From Azospirillaceae bacterium (GTDB lineage: Bacteria; Pseudomonadota; Alphaproteobacteria; Azospirillales; Azospirillaceae): DNA of 64,000 bases. Location: assembly GCA_031291675.1 (NCBI GenBank), contig JARLIO010000084.1, forward strand, positions 10,282-74,281, written 5' to 3'. Both the position numbers and the translations under genes were made by a program. This document shows, one piece after another, positions 62,038-64,000 of this stretch. Each line of letters begins with the position of its first letter. Positions within the stretch are counted from its first letter, which is position 1. The notes beneath the pieces were generated by a model. It made no database searches. It saw only the letters and a program-made list of their open reading frames with translations, and was not told where the DNA came from.

Positions 62038-62054
62038 TTCAAGAACTATGCCGA
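62038..62054 (-). promoter_or_regulatory. Putative sigma54 -24/-12 promoter of glnZ (non-canonical GA at -12)
   Basis: Minus-strand TCGGCATAGTTCTTGAA, i.e. GG-N10-GA. Confidence 0.45.
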
Positions 62055-62212
62055 ATGCAGCCCATGGTGCAATTCTTCGTTTGCGCTGTCTGTGCAGCGG
62101 GCGCGACGACCAAGGGTAAAAGACCTGCGCCGCGATAGCGAGCGGCGATGCTCCCGACCATCGTCCGCGCCACACCGCCGTCCCGGCGATCTCAGCATAA
62201 ATTTTCATCAAT

Positions 62213-62229
62213 TGCATAAATGTTGGGCA
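62213..62229. promoter_or_regulatory. Putative NtrC binding site
   Basis: 17-bp TGCATAAATGTTGGGCA resembles TGCACC-N5-GGTGCA; about 160 bp upstream of the candidate sigma54 promoter. Confidence 0.6.
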
Positions 62230-62306
62230 GAAGCGCGGAGCCCCGTCTCGTCGCTGGACAAAGCCACGCCCAGAGACGATTGTTTGCCACAACGCCGGGC
62301 CTTTCA

Positions 62307-63575
62307 ATGGATCTTACGATGTCTCTCGATGTTCCTTGCGCCGCGCCGGCACGGCAGGCGAACGGTGATTTGACGACCGAAGTGATCATCGTCGGTGGCG
62401 GCCTTGCCGGCTTGTCGCTGGCGACGGCACTGGCCACGGCCGGCGTCCCGGTCGTTTGTATCGATCGCGATTCGCCGTCGGCCCAGTGCGGTGCATCTTA
62501 TGATCATCGAACGTCGGCCTTGGCCTATTGCTCGCAAAAAATACTCGACGTCATCGGTGTCTGGCCGTACCTGGCCGCGGATGGTGCGCCGATCACCGAC
62601 ATCCGCGTTGTCGATGGTGCGTCGCCGTTGTTTTTGCATTATGACCACAAGGCGGTGGGTCTCGGACCCTTTGGCTTTGTCGTCGACAATATCGCGATTC
62701 GCCGCGCGCTGTTTCAGCGATTGGCCCAATTGCCCGACCTGATCCATCTCGCGCCGGCGACGGTGACCGCGGTTGAGCGGGGCGTCGGGCATGCCGAGGT
62801 GACTCTGGCCGGGGGCCGGGTCATTCGCGGTCGTCTGGTGGTCGGCGCCGATGGCAAGGGCTCATTTTGTCGCCAGAGTGCCGGCATTGGGCTGACCCGT
62901 GCCCGATACAACCAATCCGCGATCATCTGCAATATCGCAACGGAGTACCCCCATCATGGGGTCGCGGTCGAACATTTCCACCCGCAGGGGCCGTTCGCGC
63001 TTTTGCCGCTGACAGGCAATCGGGTTTCGGTGGTGTGGACCGAGCCGACCGATATGGTGTCGCATTATCTGTCGCTGTCCGACGCGGTCTTCACGGCCGA
63101 ACTGCAGCGGCGCGCGGGGGATTGGCTGGGGGCGGTACACCCGATCACGCCCCGCGTCGCCTACCCGCTGGGCATTTCCCATGCCGCGCGCTACACGGCG
63201 GACCGGTTGGCGCTGATTGCCGAGGCGGCGCACACCATGCACCCGATTGCCGGGCAGGGGCTGAATGTCGGTCTGCGCGATGTCGCCGCCCTGGCCGAAG
63301 TCATCACCGATGCCTATCGCCTGGGGATGGATACCGGGACGGCAGCGGTGTTGGAGCGTTATCAACGATGGCGGCGCTTCGACACCGTGCTGTTGTTGGG
63401 CGTTACCGACGGACTGACCCGGTTGTTCTCCAACGATATCGCGCCGGTGCGGGTCGCCCGGGATGTCGGCATGGCGCTGGTCAACCGGCTGCCCGGCGTC
63501 AAGAAGGTCCTGATGCGCCACGCCATGGGCATTGTCGGCGATCTGCCCCGCATGATCCGGGGTGAGGCGCTTTAG
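62307..63575 (+). CDS. ubiH: UbiH/UbiL family FAD-dependent ubiquinone biosynthesis hydroxylase
   Basis: Motifs IVGGGLAG, LVVGADG, GPFALLP and EAAHTMHPIAGQGLNVGLRD; start uncertain (62307 or 62319). Confidence 0.85.
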   Translation: MDLTMSLDVPCAAPARQANGDLTTEVIIVGGGLAGLSLATALATAGVPVVCIDRDSPSAQCGASYDHRTSALAYCSQKILDVIGVWPYLAADGAPITDIRVVDGASPLFLHYDHKAVGLGPFGFVVDNIAIRRALFQRLAQLPDLIHLAPATVTAVERGVGHAEVTLAGGRVIRGRLVVGADGKGSFCRQSAGIGLTRARYNQSAIICNIATEYPHHGVAVEHFHPQGPFALLPLTGNRVSVVWTEPTDMVSHYLSLSDAVFTAELQRRAGDWLGAVHPITPRVAYPLGISHAARYTADRLALIAEAAHTMHPIAGQGLNVGLRDVAALAEVITDAYRLGMDTGTAAVLERYQRWRRFDTVLLLGVTDGLTRLFSNDIAPVRVARDVGMALVNRLPGVKKVLMRHAMGIVGDLPRMIRGEAL

Positions 63576-63600
63576 CGCATTTTCCGGCCGCAAAACCCGG

Positions 63601-64000
63601 TCACGGTTCCCGCCAGCGCAGGGGCGGCAGACGCCCGAGCTTCAGCGGGCCCACCGACAGATTGCTGTCCTGGACTGTCACCGGGGCTTCAACCACAGGC
63701 GGCCCGTTCGGGTCCGGTCGTCTGGCCAACAAACCCAGCATCATCTTGACCAACCCGGCATCTTTGGCTTTGATCCGGCCGCTCGTGACCAGCGCGTCGA
63801 CGGTTTCGTTGAATCCGCTGATTCGGGCGGTCAGCGCGGCTTGGGGTTGCAGATCATGATCAAGGGCCAGGGTCCCGGTCAGTGACGCCGTCAACGGTCC
63901 CCAGACGAGCCGGGCTTGGTCGAGTTCGATCGTGCCGCCATCTTCGGACCAGTGGCGCACCGACGGTGCCACCGGATCGGGGACGACGCCCATGACGCGG
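63601..64000 (-). CDS. DUF2125-like protein, 3' part (runs off the window)
   Basis: Motif WSEDGGTIELDQARLVWG...GTLALD...LSVGPLKLGRLP; family assignment from recall. Confidence 0.65.
   Translation of the reverse strand, partial: RVMGVVPDPVAPSVRHWSEDGGTIELDQARLVWGPLTASLTGTLALDHDLQPQAALTARISGFNETVDALVTSGRIKAKDAGLVKMMLGLLARRPDPNGPPVVEAPVTVQDSNLSVGPLKLGRLPPLRWREP

Noticed and set aside
62056..62071. TGCAGCCCATGGTGCA as a full NtrC box
   Set aside because: It is 16 bp rather than 17 and abuts the putative -24 element; kept only as a half-site remark.

Overview
GC-rich alphaproteobacterial chromosome, most likely Rhodospirillales/Azospirillaceae, judged from gene content and a P-II protein that closely resembles Azospirillum GlnZ as I recall it. 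The window spans the probable replication origin (hemE / PPDK-regulator intergenic region, about 8612-9109) and the conserved origin-proximal backbone: secB, rho, hemJHE, maf-aroE-coaE-dnaQ, mnmEG-rsmG-parAB with two parS sites, holA, leuS, two tandem porins, yggS, ribA, a cenR-like regulator, xth, lolA, ftsK, glnZ and ubiH. Five things stand out. (1) A ~164-bp MITE family occurs in 4 copies, with 19-bp terminal inverted repeats, 9-bp target-site duplications in two copies, and a multi-hairpin core that also occurs without the termini. (2) An ~18-kb uncharacterised cluster sits between the cenR-like gene and xth: 4 glycosyltransferases, a phosphatase, a deacetylase, a methyltransferase, an Opp-type importer, an exporter-like ABC protein with degenerate ATPase motifs and an internally repeated NBD segment, a cNMP-binding protein and an MBL hydrolase. 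(3) The rho-dnaQ block appears inverted almost symmetrically around the origin. (4) lptE is absent between leuS and holA. (5) A sugar-amine deglycase/GntR pair has a visible operator. No rRNA, tRNA, CRISPR array or transposase was recognised. All calls come from reading the sequence; no searches were run.
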